Shown here one piece after another: positions 39,301 through 52,488 of a stretch of DNA of 64,000 bases (position 1 is its first letter; every line of letters starts with the position of its first letter). The notes beneath the pieces are model-generated. The model was not told the DNA's origin, ran no database searches, and saw only the letters and a program-made list of their open reading frames with translations. The translations under genes were made by a program, and so were the position numbers. The stretch is from the NCBI GenBank assembly GCA_965649765.1, contig OZ287750.1, positions 88,970,001-89,034,000 on the forward strand, read 5' to 3'. The stretch is from Bispira polyomma (lineage: Eukaryota).

Positions 39301-40532
39301 GATGACCAGAAGTGTATTCGTAGGGTAGATGGGCTAAGAGGTGGCTGAAAAGTCAGTCGTAACAGGTGTCTCTTGAGTTTGCGAAAATATGAAAATCTAT
39401 TTTGGATCTGATCTCAGCTGGCAACTTTTCACACAAATATGGAGCAGCAACTTGGTAGTTGCTTATACCCGTCTGGCCACTGTTCACGGGTTGCTGACAC
39501 AGATAATCAGTTACCATATGTGAGATTACTAGAGATGTCTAGGTCTATTTTGCACAGAAGCCATTGTAGTCCTATTTCAGCTTCAATAATCTCTCTGAAT
39601 TGGAAGACAGTTTATGATTGTTCTAAGCCCAAAAGCCTTTACTGGTAGTTGCTGCCTCAATAATTTGGACCCAGGTGTTTACTAATAGTCAACGCAGACA
39701 ACATTTTAAGTATTAGTTTCGTGTTGGAATCACAAAATCCGGCAATTGTGTACTTTTTATCCATTGTAGTAGGATTAATGATTTTTTTTTTTCTGTCTGA
39801 TTTGATATATTTGTCACTGTGGCTAGGCTGCTCTATTGTTAATGGTTTATTCAGAAAAGAAATGAATTTAGTAACAGCCTGAATTTATTTTCATTTTCTC
39901 AGATATATTGTAAATTTTTACTGGCTATAAGATTGTGATAGCTTTAACCATTTACTGAATAGTGCACCATTCAAATAGTTCAACAAAATGAGTAAATACG
40001 CTTTTTTGTTGCCGTTAATGTTTGTTACCCCATATTTGAGAATTGTGTAAATTAAAACTACTGGAACTAAATATGGCCTTTAAAGTCAAAACCAAGCTAT
40101 TAGTCTTTTCTTAAATATAAAGAATATTTTTTTAGTTTTTTCAAGAAATCATCTATTTTAAGAAATTTTACTTCCTAATAAATTATGTCTTTATCACTTT
40201 ACAAATTCATATCATGTTTTAAAATGACAGACATGTATCAATGTAAATCAATATTTGAGTAGTTCATTTTAAATTATATCTGTAAAGCAGTGGTATTTTT
40301 TTACCAATGTCCATTGGTTGGTTCGTTTGTTACCAGGAGAACACAAAAACCACTAAACTGATTTACACACAATTTTTTGGAACCTCAGGTCAAGATCAAA
40401 CCTACAGTCTCTTATTTTACTACCCCGTTCACATATTGACGTTACGGTATAAAGTATTTGTCATTATGCCTAGTAAATTGGCTGTTTTGGCCCAACCCAA
40501 ACTTTAGCCTTGCACAGCCGACTGCAGAATGA

Positions 40533-41118
40533 TAATGTCCTGGTCACACCTACACGTTCTAGAGCTACGTTTGTGTCACGTTGTGTGAATTTAGGAAACG
40601 TTTTGGAACGTAGTAGGAAGTGAGGATCCCTTCTGTAATCGTTTCTGTACGTTTTATGACGGATGATTTCGTTCTGGAAACGTCTCCGTTTCATCTTTTT
40701 TCTGTAGTGTTTCAAACTGTTTGAAACACTACAGAAATTGTTCCCGTTTCTCCCCGTTTCTCCCCGTTTCTCTGTTAGTCCGCGAACGTTTCCGAAAGTG
40801 CATAGACATATCAGTAAGTAGCACTACTTAGTAGTAGGTAGCGAGGAAGTAGCAGAACGAAGCAGAAGGCACCAGTAAGTAGATATCCGTAGCTCTACAT
40901 AGTAGTAGGTAGTGATATCCTACCAGTAAAGGGTCCGTTTTTTGCCCCTTCTTCGTGTGTACAAGTATCAACATCGTCACGAAACATCTCATAACGTTAC
41001 AATCGACTATCCCTTTATGGAAATGACATCAATTTGATACAATACTACCACGTTTTCAGTGTATATTGTTTAGGTACGTTGGGGGACGTTAGCACGTGTA
41101 GGTGTGACCAGGCCATTA
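40533..41118. mobile_element. MITE family A, long copy (possibly PIF/Harbinger-like)
   Basis: TIRs taatg.cctggtcacacctacacgt / acgtgtaggtgtgaccaggccatta. An internally deleted inverted copy lies at 58859-59130. Confidence 0.88.
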
Positions 41119-43396
41119 GGAAGGAAGCTAAACTGATGAAAAGATATTGATAGGATTCTACACTCTAGAAGGCAATTCTCAAAACATCTTATAGTTTTTT
41201 CATACCTTCATAGTGTAAACCCCCACATAAGTGAGTTTGTTTCCTGTTTAGTCACTGTGCAAATTGAAGAACAATTGTACAACGCAATATATTTCTGATC
41301 CAAAAACCATCTGGCTTTTGTAAATGAGCCAGTTTATTTTTTAGGGTTTAAATGTACTACCGAGGATGTATTCAGAATCATTAAAGCTAGAAGGCATCAT
41401 ATTTTATGAGGTCTGTAAAGTAATAAATACATGACTGTAGCCAATATGTATATATAAGTATTGAAGTAAGACTAATGATATTGTGCCTGAGGTTATTAGT
41501 CTCATCAGATATTGTTATTTATTGCCACATAAAAAGTAAGACCATTGGGTAATTTAACATCAGGAAGCATGAAAGTTTGCAATAAAAACACTAGTCAATC
41601 CTCTTGAAGTATATTTTTTTGGGAAATATACCACACTTTTAAAGCACAAACAAGTACAAAAATTTTTACGAATCTGACACTGCAACTATAACAAAATCAA
41701 ATCATCTTTCCATTTAGGCTGTGGTTGTATATTGATTAATACAATAGCCGTACACAATATTATAACTTATGGCCAACCTAAAAGTACTTGATTGATTAAA
41801 TAATCATTATTTGAAAATATTGCCATATATTTTGCAGAGAACAAAATAATGGTATCCACACTGTCCCTCATCATGCGTATGATCAGTACATCAAAGCTTC
41901 GTCGGGGACAGAAAATTTGGTCTAGTCTTAGCCTCAATATGATTGTGACAGTAGTTAGAAAGTTTTTGAATGAGAAATGTAAAAGTAGTAAAACCTTACT
42001 TCTACATCTTCAAATAAATCGGTATGATTGGGAACTTTTGTCAAACAATTATGCAATGTTTATGAAATGATGAGCCCTGCTGATGATAAAGCCACCACCT
42101 GGAACGATGATTCTGAAATGATGTGTAACACTTTCATCTGTTTTCGATTCTTTATTTCCAATTGCCGCCAAAGTGTCTCCTAGAGTCATAATGCTGTCCT
42201 GAGCTCTGTGATTGGGCGCAAGAAGATTTATTACTTTCATCAACATGACAATATATTTCTTATCCCTGCCCAATCCAAATTCCAATTCAACCGTCAAGCT
42301 ATCCAGATGACCACGAATAAATATGGTGTGTGTGAGTTACGCATTAGATTTTGTCTATAACCTAAGTTCTGGCATAAATCTTATTGCGATCACATTCAGA
42401 CAATGGCTAAGTCAAAAATTGTATTATATTATCCACTGTGACGTCAGTATGACGTTTTCGTGGGTGATACAGGCCCGGCGCCCATAAAAATACATATGAA
42501 AATTGTAGTAGTTTCAATGTCTTAAATTTCAATTATACACAATATTTCAGATAGAAAGTTGATAATTATTGTGCTTAACATAAAATATGGATCTTAAACA
42601 ATATAATGGTGTATTAAACTTGATTTTTAATGCTTTCTAAATACGCGCTTTAAGTTAATTATTTAGGTTCTTCTTAGCTTTAAGATCTGCATTGTTATGT
42701 AATACTGTAAGGTTTTGAAACGTTAAAAAATATATTTACAGGTTTAGGTTGTTTTAATATGGTAATGGTAAACAAATTGATCCGTAAACTGTTTTAAACT
42801 TTTCACATATACAAATTATAAGCATTATGCAATCTTATTGCATACAAATTTCTATTTTTAATGCTGTATAAGTTTGATTTAACGCTAATTATTTAAGGTG
42901 ATTGTTTGTATGATATAATTTGCTGGGAATATTCAATATTAGCAGGCTTTTTCTTACTGTTTTATCTTGTATTTTTACCTATATAAAAATAATAATTATA
43001 TTTTATAAGTGGATAATAAAAGTAAAACAATCCTTGTGGTGTATATTAAAAACATAAATAACTGCTGTATCAAGTATATTGTTGTACTATAATGGAGACA
43101 ATATATAGACAGCACATATACACCTAGAACTTTACTTCAAATCTAGGACATGTTTGTACTTGATTGGAGACTGTATCTACTAGTTATGTGTAGACATCAG
43201 GAACCAGCTCTTTCACTAATTACATATCTACACATTTATCTGAACAATGTTTACAAATAGGAGAGTTTGTTATTTGCCATTTCAAGAGATTGTATCTACA
43301 ATTTAATGTTCAGTTTATTACCTTGTATTCAAATGTTTGTAAATGTGGTTCTTTTGGTATTAAAAAAGTTCTCAAGAATATATCATTCCAGTTGCA

Positions 43397-44189
43397 ACAG
43401 TCTCTCCGCTGATAAGGTAATTTTTGATTGGGTAAATCAGGAGGCAGGATGCAAACAAGAGAAGAACAACATAGTGCACGTGTTTGGAGTTTATTAAAAG
43501 TACACATATTTTAACACACTACTATGTAATTCCCAGTTGAAGTTTACAATAAGTTTTACACATAAGTTGTGAACCATTTTATATAGAAGGAAATTACAGT
43601 AAAAAACAGCCTTGCAAAACCTGAGCCTTAAATAAGGCTGCTGTGCTCTAAAGAGCAGGCCTCATAAAGACCTGTACATTACACACACTGTCAACTGGTG
43701 AGACCAGAGAAAGAAGGAGAATATTACTGTTGTTACTTTCCAGCACCTGTTACTTCATGAAATGGGAATGATAACCAGATGTTTTCAGGAATTGTTTCTT
43801 TTTGAGCGAGGAGGCTGGGGGTTTCTGATCCACACCTGCCAAGCATTTATTTTAGAATGAATGTAAAAGAATGCTTGTGGCCAAGCCTTGGGCTTTTGGC
43901 GGGAGACATTGCCTGCTGGGTAATACCATTCATGAGTGGTGTTTACAGGGAGAGAGACTGACACCTGACGCTAGCCCTAATGGGCGGTGTTTACAGGGAG
44001 ACTGACACCTGCGCTCAACTTACAGTCTCTCTCCTAATAAGGTAATTTTTGATTGGGCTAATCAGGAGGCAGGATGCAAACAAGAGAAAAACAACATAGT
44101 GCACGTGTTTGAAGTTTATTAAAAATACACATATTTTAATACACTTTTATGTAATCCCCAGTTAGAGGTTACCATAAGTTTTACACATA
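43397..44189 (-). repeat. ~170-bp direct repeat pair (43397-43564 and 44022-44189), probable B1/B2 split terminal repeats of YR element 2
   Basis: acagtctct...ataaggtaatttttgattggg..aatcaggaggcaggatgcaaacaagaga...aagttttacacata occurs twice. Each copy has AATAAA on the minus strand. Confidence 0.8.
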
Positions 44190-45442
44190 CCTTTTTAAGG
44201 TCATCTTAATTTTGTACATGTCTTTTTAAAGTTACCTTAACTTAATGTGAATTTTCGTATTCTGTTTCGTAGGTGTCCTTCAACTGCATTTAAGGTGCCT
44301 TTAACTTGTGGCAGGCCCTTGCCTGGTTTTGTTTGAGGTGACCTCAAACTGAGGAGTACCTACACTACATCCTACGTGACTACAAGCTAAAACTATTCTA
44401 TGTACACTGAGTATGAAATGTAAATATGTATATGATTACCAAACCAATTGTAGCCATATGTTATGTTTATTTCTGTTGTAGGTGAGTATGGAAAGCCCTG
44501 GCCACCAAACCTGCTGCTTCGGGAGTCTTAACCAGGTACCTCTAATCTTCTGAGAGCATGAAAGCCATACTCTGATGTACGTAACCCTAGTTTCCTTATA
44601 AGGTCGGATAGGATCTTTCTTACCTGATAGGCTGTGACTACGGTAGTAAGGTGGTTAGTTTTAAATTGGAACAGGGGGGGGGGGCCCTGTCTGAAGAAGA
44701 GGTGGGTGGGGTGATTCTTCTAAGAGCCTAGACAGGACATAAGAGGGAGCCTGGAAGTGATGGAAGCTGCACTACCTAGACCTGCTCTGAAACCTGCATA
44801 TTTTTGGGCCATTTTGTGAGGAGATGAGCCCCTAGGCCCCCCAAATGACATCCCTGGGGGTTGGAAATCTGGATGGCTTGAACTGGGAAGCTTTAGTTGG
44901 GAACAGTGTAGCTAGCCTAAAGAACCTGAAGAATCCTAACAGTATGATGCCTTATAAACCTCAGCCCCTGGGAAGTCTGTAATCTGTTAGATGAGTTCTG
45001 TCAATTTATTAATAGAAAGTACCCGTTTTATGTTGTATCTGAGGGGGCATTTAAGCATGAGTGTGATATTTTTATGTGGGAACATCTGTGTAGGGAAGCC
45101 GTATATCTGGAATGAGTGCTTAAGGACTGTCATGTACCCCTGTATGGTCTGTGCCTTAAACCCTTGCTGAGCTAAATACTCTAGAAACAATAGTACCGAC
45201 TGTAAGTCAGGAGGTTGATCTCCAAGTGTGACAGAAACGTTGTATATAGCCTGAATTTGGAATGGTAAGCTGTAGAACTTCTTGGCCTGAAGCCCGTTTC
45301 AACCCTGCCTTTGACATCTCTAAGTAGGTCCCTTGCAACTGGGTTACCTGCAATAATAAAATTGAATAATTAGGAAACAACCTTTCGGGATCAATGTGAA
45401 ACCATTGACAAATCTTCAGTTACTGAACTTCAGCTTTTTGAG

Positions 45443-45698
45443 TTTGAATTTAAATTTGGATATTTAACGTCCACTCTAGTACCTTTTAGTAGGTTATATT
45501 GGGACGGGTAGTTGGAAATGCTGGAGGAAACACTGCATACAGTCGGTCAAGGTTCTGCACTGAAACCATCGGCCCACAGTAAGGAACTGCCATCTTTCCC
45601 ACATAGGCATCGACGGGATTCGAACTCACACTGCCCAGAGGTGAGAGACCAGTGATTGTGAAGCGCAATGCTTGCTAACCACTAGGCCACCGCGGCCC
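45443..45698 (-). mobile_element. tRNA-derived SINE family A, full length, 12-bp TSD
   Basis: A and B boxes. Flanked by cagctttttgag at 45431-45442 and 45699-45710. Confidence 0.93.
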
Positions 45699-46207
45699 CA
45701 GCTTTTTGAGAGTTACAATAGTGGCCCCAACGCGAGAGTATATCTGCATATGTGTTATCAACACCACGTACATGTTTCCCGAAAATTTCTAAGTTATAAG
45801 CGGCTTGTATGAGCCATAATGTTCTTGCGCATGCGTTAATAAATGGATCTCTACCTTTGAACTTATTTAGGATGTGCACTACTGCCATATTATCGCAATG
45901 CATGTAAATTCTACTATTGGCTCATTTGGGTGACTATAACCTAAATGCCACTAAGATATTAAACATTTCAAATGGACTATGGTGAGATTGTTTTTATATG
46001 TTTGGGGAATTTCCACTGTGTATACTTGGTTATCCCAATATGCCCCCAAACTTTGTAAGGACGCGTCCACATATACCTTGTGGGCAGGAGAATTAACTTT
46101 GTATATGGCTGTCACCCTGTTGTATTGTTATAGGAAAACGCAAAACCAATTGACATCTTTCTGAAATGTGTCAGTCAATGTAGTAGTGAAGTGAGGGGGA
46201 GTGCCCC

Positions 46208-47105
46208 TTAATAATAATAATAATAAAAACATTCATATAACGCAAAATTGATAAAAATCCTCTAATGCGCTGAATTCCAAAAAGGGATTTTCCAGTATCA
46301 AGGCAAAGGTTGTTACCAAGTGAGCGCCAACCAAGAAGTACCTAAGGTGGGGGATATGCCAGTCTAAACAAGTGAGTCTTGAGCTGGCTTCAAAAACCTG
46401 ATAGTGTCTGCTGGGATCTGACATTTTGTGGCAACCTGTTTCATTCTGCCGGTGCCGCGACAGCAAAGCTGCACCTTCCAATTTTTCGTTCAGGGCGAAG
46501 TGAAACAGTCTATTTCCACGTGTGAGGCTGCTGGACTTGATTAAGGAATATAGGTAGGGAGGTTGGGAATAGTTAAAAATCTTGAAGACAAGCAGGTTGT
46601 ACTTGAAAAGGATGCGCTGTTCAATGAGAAGCCAGTGGAGTTTTTAAAGGTAAGGGGTGACATGACTGAATCTGTCAAGCCTGTAAACAATGCCTGTAAG
46701 TTTGGCAATATTAGCCTTTCTGACCCCATATAGTAAAGAGTTGCCGTAGTCAAAGCGACTACTGAACATAACATTTGCCACCAGAACTGCAATATCAGCA
46801 CTAAGAAATTTGTTGCAAGTCTCGTAGATGATGGTAACAGGCATGGCAAATCTTGGCAAAATAGTTGTTAAAGGAGTTGTCGGAGTCAAAGACGACACCC
46901 AGGTTTTTTACCTCCGCTGATGGAGTGATATTGTTTTGGAGGAATGAAATAGGGAATTTTGGTGTAAATGACTTTGTGGTCGGTGTGTTACCTATAATAA
47001 TAAACTCTGTTTTATCTGGGTTGAGTTTTAATTTTGCACAATCCATCCACTCCTGGACTGATTTAAAAAAGTCAGTGAGCTCAGCAATACCTGAGTCAAA
47101 GCTCC
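46208..47105 (-). mobile_element. 5'-truncated L2-clade LINE inserted in pol of YR element 2
   Basis: KLKLNPDKTEFIIIG, VKNLGVVFDS, SSRFDYGNSLLYG, SHVTPYL and a (TTA)n tail. Confidence 0.88.
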
Positions 47106-49042
47106 TGGAGGTTGATCGACCTTGTCCTGGTTAATGGGTAGACCGAGTTCTATTATTAGATATTTTAGGGACAGGAAGGCATTGTTAGCCTTACCTGGAA
47201 GCGCAGTACACCGAGACAATCATCTAAATACGAGCATATCCAGTGCCCCCTAGTATGCATGAGAAACGTGATACAATCCATGGCCATCTGGCAGGCGCAT
47301 GCGCTCAAAGCTAAACTGAAGAGGATAATTACGTTAACGTAATAATGACCTTTCCAATTTAAACCTAAGACTGTATAATCTTGGGGGTCACTGCTAAGGT
47401 TTCTATAGGCCTTTTTAAAATCTATTTTAATAGTAGGGCCTCTGAGCCAAGCAGGGCTATTTTGTCTACCATATTGTCAATGGTAGGGTATTTTAACTTG
47501 GTATGGCAATGTTAACACTGTTGCCCTTTGGACAAGATAAATCTACAATAATCTGTCTAGTCCCATCCAACTAAGGTCGGGTCATCATTGGAGAAACCTG
47601 TCACTTGGGGAAGGGGCTTTCGCCTAAGGGCCCTATTATGGCCTTGTACCCAATCTCAGTGTTTAATTAATTTTTCACATGTTCTGGAAATTTAACAGCT
47701 GACACGTGGTTTTTCACCTTTGGGTTATATTGAAAGTTCTCATAGTTGGGTGATGGGGGAAGCCATATTCAAGACATTGGCACACTATGTTGAAATGATA
47801 ATCTTGTAAATAGTTGTCCCACGCTTTAATATTAAGCTGTGAAGGGACAGGGACTCTAGCCCCTTTATAGTTTGGGATTTGTTGAGCCTCTGTGAGGGCG
47901 TGAGCTTTTGTGATCCACTTAACCATGTCAGTTTCACTGACCCTCTAAGCCACTCCCTTAAGTTGCCTTCCGTAAGTGAAGTATTGACTGTGCAGTCTCT
48001 TTTAATTACCAGCTGGTTGTAAAGGCTATTGTTTTCCCTTAATTGATTAAAGTCTATGCAATGGGACCTTACTCTAAACTGGCCTTGTTGTAAGGCTGTG
48101 CTTATACAACACGACTGGCATGTGTGACAGTCTGAATAGCTATCCCCTAACTCGCTATGAATTGACATTAAGCTATCGTCGTAACTAAAGCCTCTTGAAG
48201 TAGCCATAGTGGCTGTGTTTGTACTAGCAAAGGCTGAGCTTTGCCCTAAGTAAATCTCGTCGGGTTCTATAGTAAAACTTGTTAACCCAAAATTTTGAAA
48301 ATTTTGGTGTGTTTTGCTTTACCTGTGGGGGTAAATTTGATGACCATACAATGTTCGTGGGACCATGACACGGCTACCTTAACCCTTTGGTCCCCCTGTC
48401 TATAATGTCCCGACTAAACAAGCTTATTTGTACTTGTACCTTGCAATTCCTCGCGTGACGTGCCCTTATATAGTTGGCCAAATCTGACCTGAGAAGGTCC
48501 ATAGCAGGCAGTCCGTGAGACGTTTGTAGCCATTCAGTACCAATCTTGTCCGACCTCCGTGAGCTGAGAGAAGAGGTGATAGCACCGAGTCACGTTTCTC
48601 ATCCTGGCGAAGCATCCGTTTCTCTAAGTCATCAAATCTGTCCATAATGGTATCCAGTTTGGCTGCTACATCCGAGTTGCTTACCCTCCTCCAGGCCTCC
48701 TCAACTGAGAGGCGGCTCCACAGCCGCACTCAACCATGGCACTCATTGCCGCATCGGTGGCAGTCAGTGGAGCAGTGGAGAGAGAGGTATGATGAAGAAG
48801 AGAATACTAGAGTTCCCCGTCAAAATATATTCATTTGCCTTATTCACCTTTATACCAAATATTCACCTTTATAGAGAATACCAGAGGATTCAACAAAGTA
48901 CTAACAAGGTAGTAAGAAGGTAGGTAGGAACAGGGTAATAACAACTTATACACACCCATAAGGTGAAAACAACACCACAACAAATGTACTAAACAGTCCT
49001 CCACCCCATTCCCTTCAAAAGGGAATCCACTAACACCATTCT

Positions 49043-49763
49043 CTATTTCAATTCCCCTGCCAATCTTAAAAATGCCTCCGCATTAAGACAAGTGGTCCGT
49101 ATCAAAATCTAATTTTGGCCAATCTCTCCCCAACAGAGTAAATGTCACATGGAGTATTCTTATCAGTGTCCACAGCGCGGTTAGGTTGATACAGGGTGTC
49201 TGATTCAAGAAGAATTTGTTTCAATGACACTTCCTGGAACACTTGATCGTCCTTATGCGTGTTTCCATACAATAATTTCGGTGAAGCACCAAAGTACATT
49301 GCGGGAAACTTTGCTAGCCAATTCTTACAAATCTGTTTTCCCCCTGTGAAACAATGCAGATAAATGGGATGTGCTGATGACAAATTTTCAGACAAAATCT
49401 GAAGGCAATCGTTGTAAGCCTCACTACGGCACGCTCTATCCCGGCAATGGATGACCACAGGCAAACGACGCTTGTTTGCTATAAATAACCTTTCTTTCAA
49501 CAAGTCCTTCTGACTTTTCCTGTTATGATTCTCACTAGAGTAATCCAACCCAACTTCTCCAATAGCTACACCAGATGAAAACCGACTTGTTGCATTAACA
49601 GCATTCAAAGCTTCTTGACTGTACTTGTTGCACGTTTTCGGATGTACTCTGAAATTCTGGAAAACACGTGAACTGTTCCCCACTGGCTGTTTAACAGCTT
49701 GTTAATCAGATGGAAACTTTTCCGATCAAGCCAATCTGATACATGAGCATAACTATCAATCAT
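49043..49763 (-). pseudogene. TatD-family metal-dependent nuclease domain in Gypsy ORF3
   Basis: MIDSYAH (HxH motif, one change), F.VHPK, VAIGEVGLDY, PVVIHCR, IYLHCFTG, ILLESD and C-terminal TTCLNAEAFL. Two frameshifts. Confidence 0.92.
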
Positions 49764-50900
49764 CTCCCCATGTGAAGATGAACCAAGCGTTGATGCGGAA
49801 GGGTCACTAGCCAATCTCATAATCCCCACAGCATTCATAATAGCAATAACCATGTGCCAATGAGTAAGACTTCCCGCGCAATTTGGTGGTGAAATGGTAA
49901 TCCTACATCTGCGTTGTTCTCATTCCAAGGTGTGATGAACATTGTGGTTTCCTGTGACGGGTATGCACTTTGATTTTGACAATATTTCAATAATCCGTCT
50001 ATTCCTTCTACATTCAAATGTCCAGACAACTTCAATAGATAGTTTTAAATTAACTTCATGTCCAAGCATTCTCTAGCAAAGAATGCTGGCAAATGAGCAT
50101 TTTCTGCATGTATTTGCATCTTCTTCATTACTAATGTGCACCCCTTCACGATGCATTTTTTTCTGGGAGATAAGTTTCTTGCTACAGTAGGAATCACTAC
50201 ACCCTGTGCTTGTGGAAACAGTATTCTTGCCCTCTTCCCTGGTGGTTGCCTTTCCATATCAACAGGCAAATATGGATCCTCTTTTCTGTAACCTGACTCC
50301 TACTGTCCTAACTTATCCACATAACACGCATATCTTCGCTCGTTGTCTGCACACTCCCTCTGGTGAATCACCGATGCAGCCTACACCCTTGGATCGTCCC
50401 ATTCTTATTCCTGTTCAAAAGCCACACTATCATTAGGAGTACCTGTTCTGTCTAAGGTCACTGTCAAACGCTGTTGTTTCTGTTCTACTGCACCTAAATC
50501 CTCACCCGAACGTCCTGTGGAGATCCTTGGGGTCGCAAGTATGGGAGAAATTATACTGTCTGTAGTTGAGCTACTACTCTGCACACAACTAGTCTGTACG
50601 ACACCAGTGGACACAAAGGTCATCAAATGAGAAGAAGATACCACTGGCGCGAGAGTTGTAGTAGGTGAAACTATAGACTGTCTCGGAGTGGAAGTGTACT
50701 CAAAAGCAGGCGGGTTCCTCACCTCAAAGGGTGACCCTACAGCAGCACTGACAGCTGCGAACTCGGGAAGGACATAACCATATTCAGGTCGATTCACCCC
50801 AAAAGGTGAATCAACTTAAGTAACTCCTAACTCCTGTCATTGAAGACGTAGGCATAAAAACCTCGCTAGGCATAGTTGGTACAGCCATAACTTTGGTCAT
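49764..50900 (-). pseudogene. N-terminal part of Gypsy ORF3: S/T/P-rich region and a C2H2-like motif
   Basis: Minus ORFs 50405-50797 (S/T/P/V rich), 50045-50269 (KKCIVKGC-x9-H-x4-HLP) and 49835-50035 lead into TatD with no intron-like gaps. Confidence 0.6.
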
Positions 50901-51094
50901 CACCCCAGAAGGTGATGCCATCCAAAATGTAGGCAAAGCAGACACTAGAGCTGGAGCAGCAACAGGTATAAACGGTATTATTAATTAACCATCACCCAAA
51001 CCAGGCTGATTAGCACTAAATTTTTAGAGCTTAGATAAAAAATTAAATAATTCAACCAAAGATTGAATTAATTATGCAAACAATTTAACTTAAT

Positions 51095-52300
51095 TAACTA
51101 CAAGTGCACCATGCTTATTCTGTGTGTTGAGTCTATCATGATGCACTACCAATTCAGATTTTCGATACATAATAGGTGAACGTACCTTAGTCACTAAATT
51201 TTGACCTATTCACACATTTTGAAGTTTTGAACTTTGACCTATTTTGGAACTGGAGTTTATCTGATACACCAAATCACCCACACAATACACTGTTTGTAAC
51301 AATTTGATGTCATAGTCTCTCTTTTGTCGTAAAAGTCTGGTCTTTAGATTGTCTCTAGCAAAAGTATGCACACTTTGTAACTTTTGCTGTAACTGTTGCA
51401 CATATTCAGCTGGATTTTGCTCTCTAAGTTTCTGATCTGTTACCCCTAACATGAGATCTACCGGTTGTGTAGTTTCCCCACCTAGCATCATCATGTTAGC
51501 TGAATAATCTGTATGTCTATTCTGGGTAGCCCTAATGGCACCTGCAAGTAAATGCAAATCCTAGTCCCACACTTTTTGATTATCTTCAATGTAACACATC
51601 ATTCTTTGCAAAAGCGTTTTATTATATCTCTCAACTTGTCCATTAGAACTAGGTCTATACGGAGTAGTCCTAGTCTTGGTGATTTGTAATAGTTTACAAA
51701 CTTGTTGGAACAGATTTCCCTCAAAGTTACGTCCCTGATCAGTATGAACCTGCAATGGGCAACCGAATCTAGCAATAAAATTATCTACAATTGTCTTAGA
51801 AACAGTTTTGGAAGTTTAATCCGGAACAGGGAAGCATTGAAGCAACATTGTAAACTGATCTACTATCATCAGAATGTAAGCATTACCTTGATCACTTCGA
51901 ATAAAGGGTCCCAACATGTCAATGTGAACACACTCCATCGGCGTTCCTGCATGAAACAATTCCAAGGAAGCCTTAGACAGTTTTTTATTCATGTTACATT
52001 GTCTACAAGTCCTAATAAAATTCCGACAGTCATTCTTCATTTTGTACCATACAAAATTTTGTTTCAATTTGTCCAATGTCTTGTCCAATGACTTGGAATG
52101 TTATGTGATAACTAAAGTACTGGTCCTTTTAAGGTCTGAAGTACCATTAGCACATATCTCACATTATCAAATGGTTCATCCGGTACCCATTTGTAATACA
52201 AAATTCCATCCAAGACAGTGAGCAAAGAACGATTCAACCAATAGGACTTAGTTGCTGCACTACTGATTTGTATATGATAATCTAATGGGTCCTTGTAAGA
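51095..52300 (-). pseudogene. Gypsy integrase
   Basis: CRQC (HHCC half), VHIDMLGP, IVDQFT, VHTDQGRNFE, TTPYRPSSNGQVERYN, VGDLV...SSKL...VVHHDRL. Confidence 0.93.
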
Positions 52301-52488
52301 TTTTAACCAATCAAAAACTGGCTGAAGGTCATTGTTATTTTCTTGAGCAGATCTATTCTCATCCTTAGACAATCCTGGAAACCAGGGTTCTATCTCTAAT
52401 CTACTAATAGTTAAAGGGTCAGTTTTCATAGCTAATGGAACTACGTCATCTACTTCATCATTAAACCATCTCCATTGATTCTGTGCTC

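Larger units (their letters stand above)
43397..48830 (-). mobile_element. YR retrotransposon copy 2, heavily decayed, with nested SINE and L2 insertions
   Basis: gag remnants (48350-48800, SGHYRQGDQRVKVAVSW.HE); RT (47105-47930, LEYGFP, SPMMTRP, YPTID, KIDFKKAYRN, YLDD); RNase H (HCDNMAVV...GVDNTYADILSRW); YR (44600-45347, LGFFRFFRLATL). Direct repeats downstream. Confidence 0.88.

Noticed and set aside
40740-40930. CRISPR-like short repeats (ccccgtttct, agtaagtag)
   Set aside because: Irregular internal repeats of a MITE with no spacer periodicity or cas genes.
49102-49683. Host TATDN gene or bacterial tatD contamination
   Set aside because: It is intronless, frameshifted, collinear with Gypsy pol and upstream of a candidate PPT, with no bacterial neighbours. 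It is treated as element cargo pending phylogeny.
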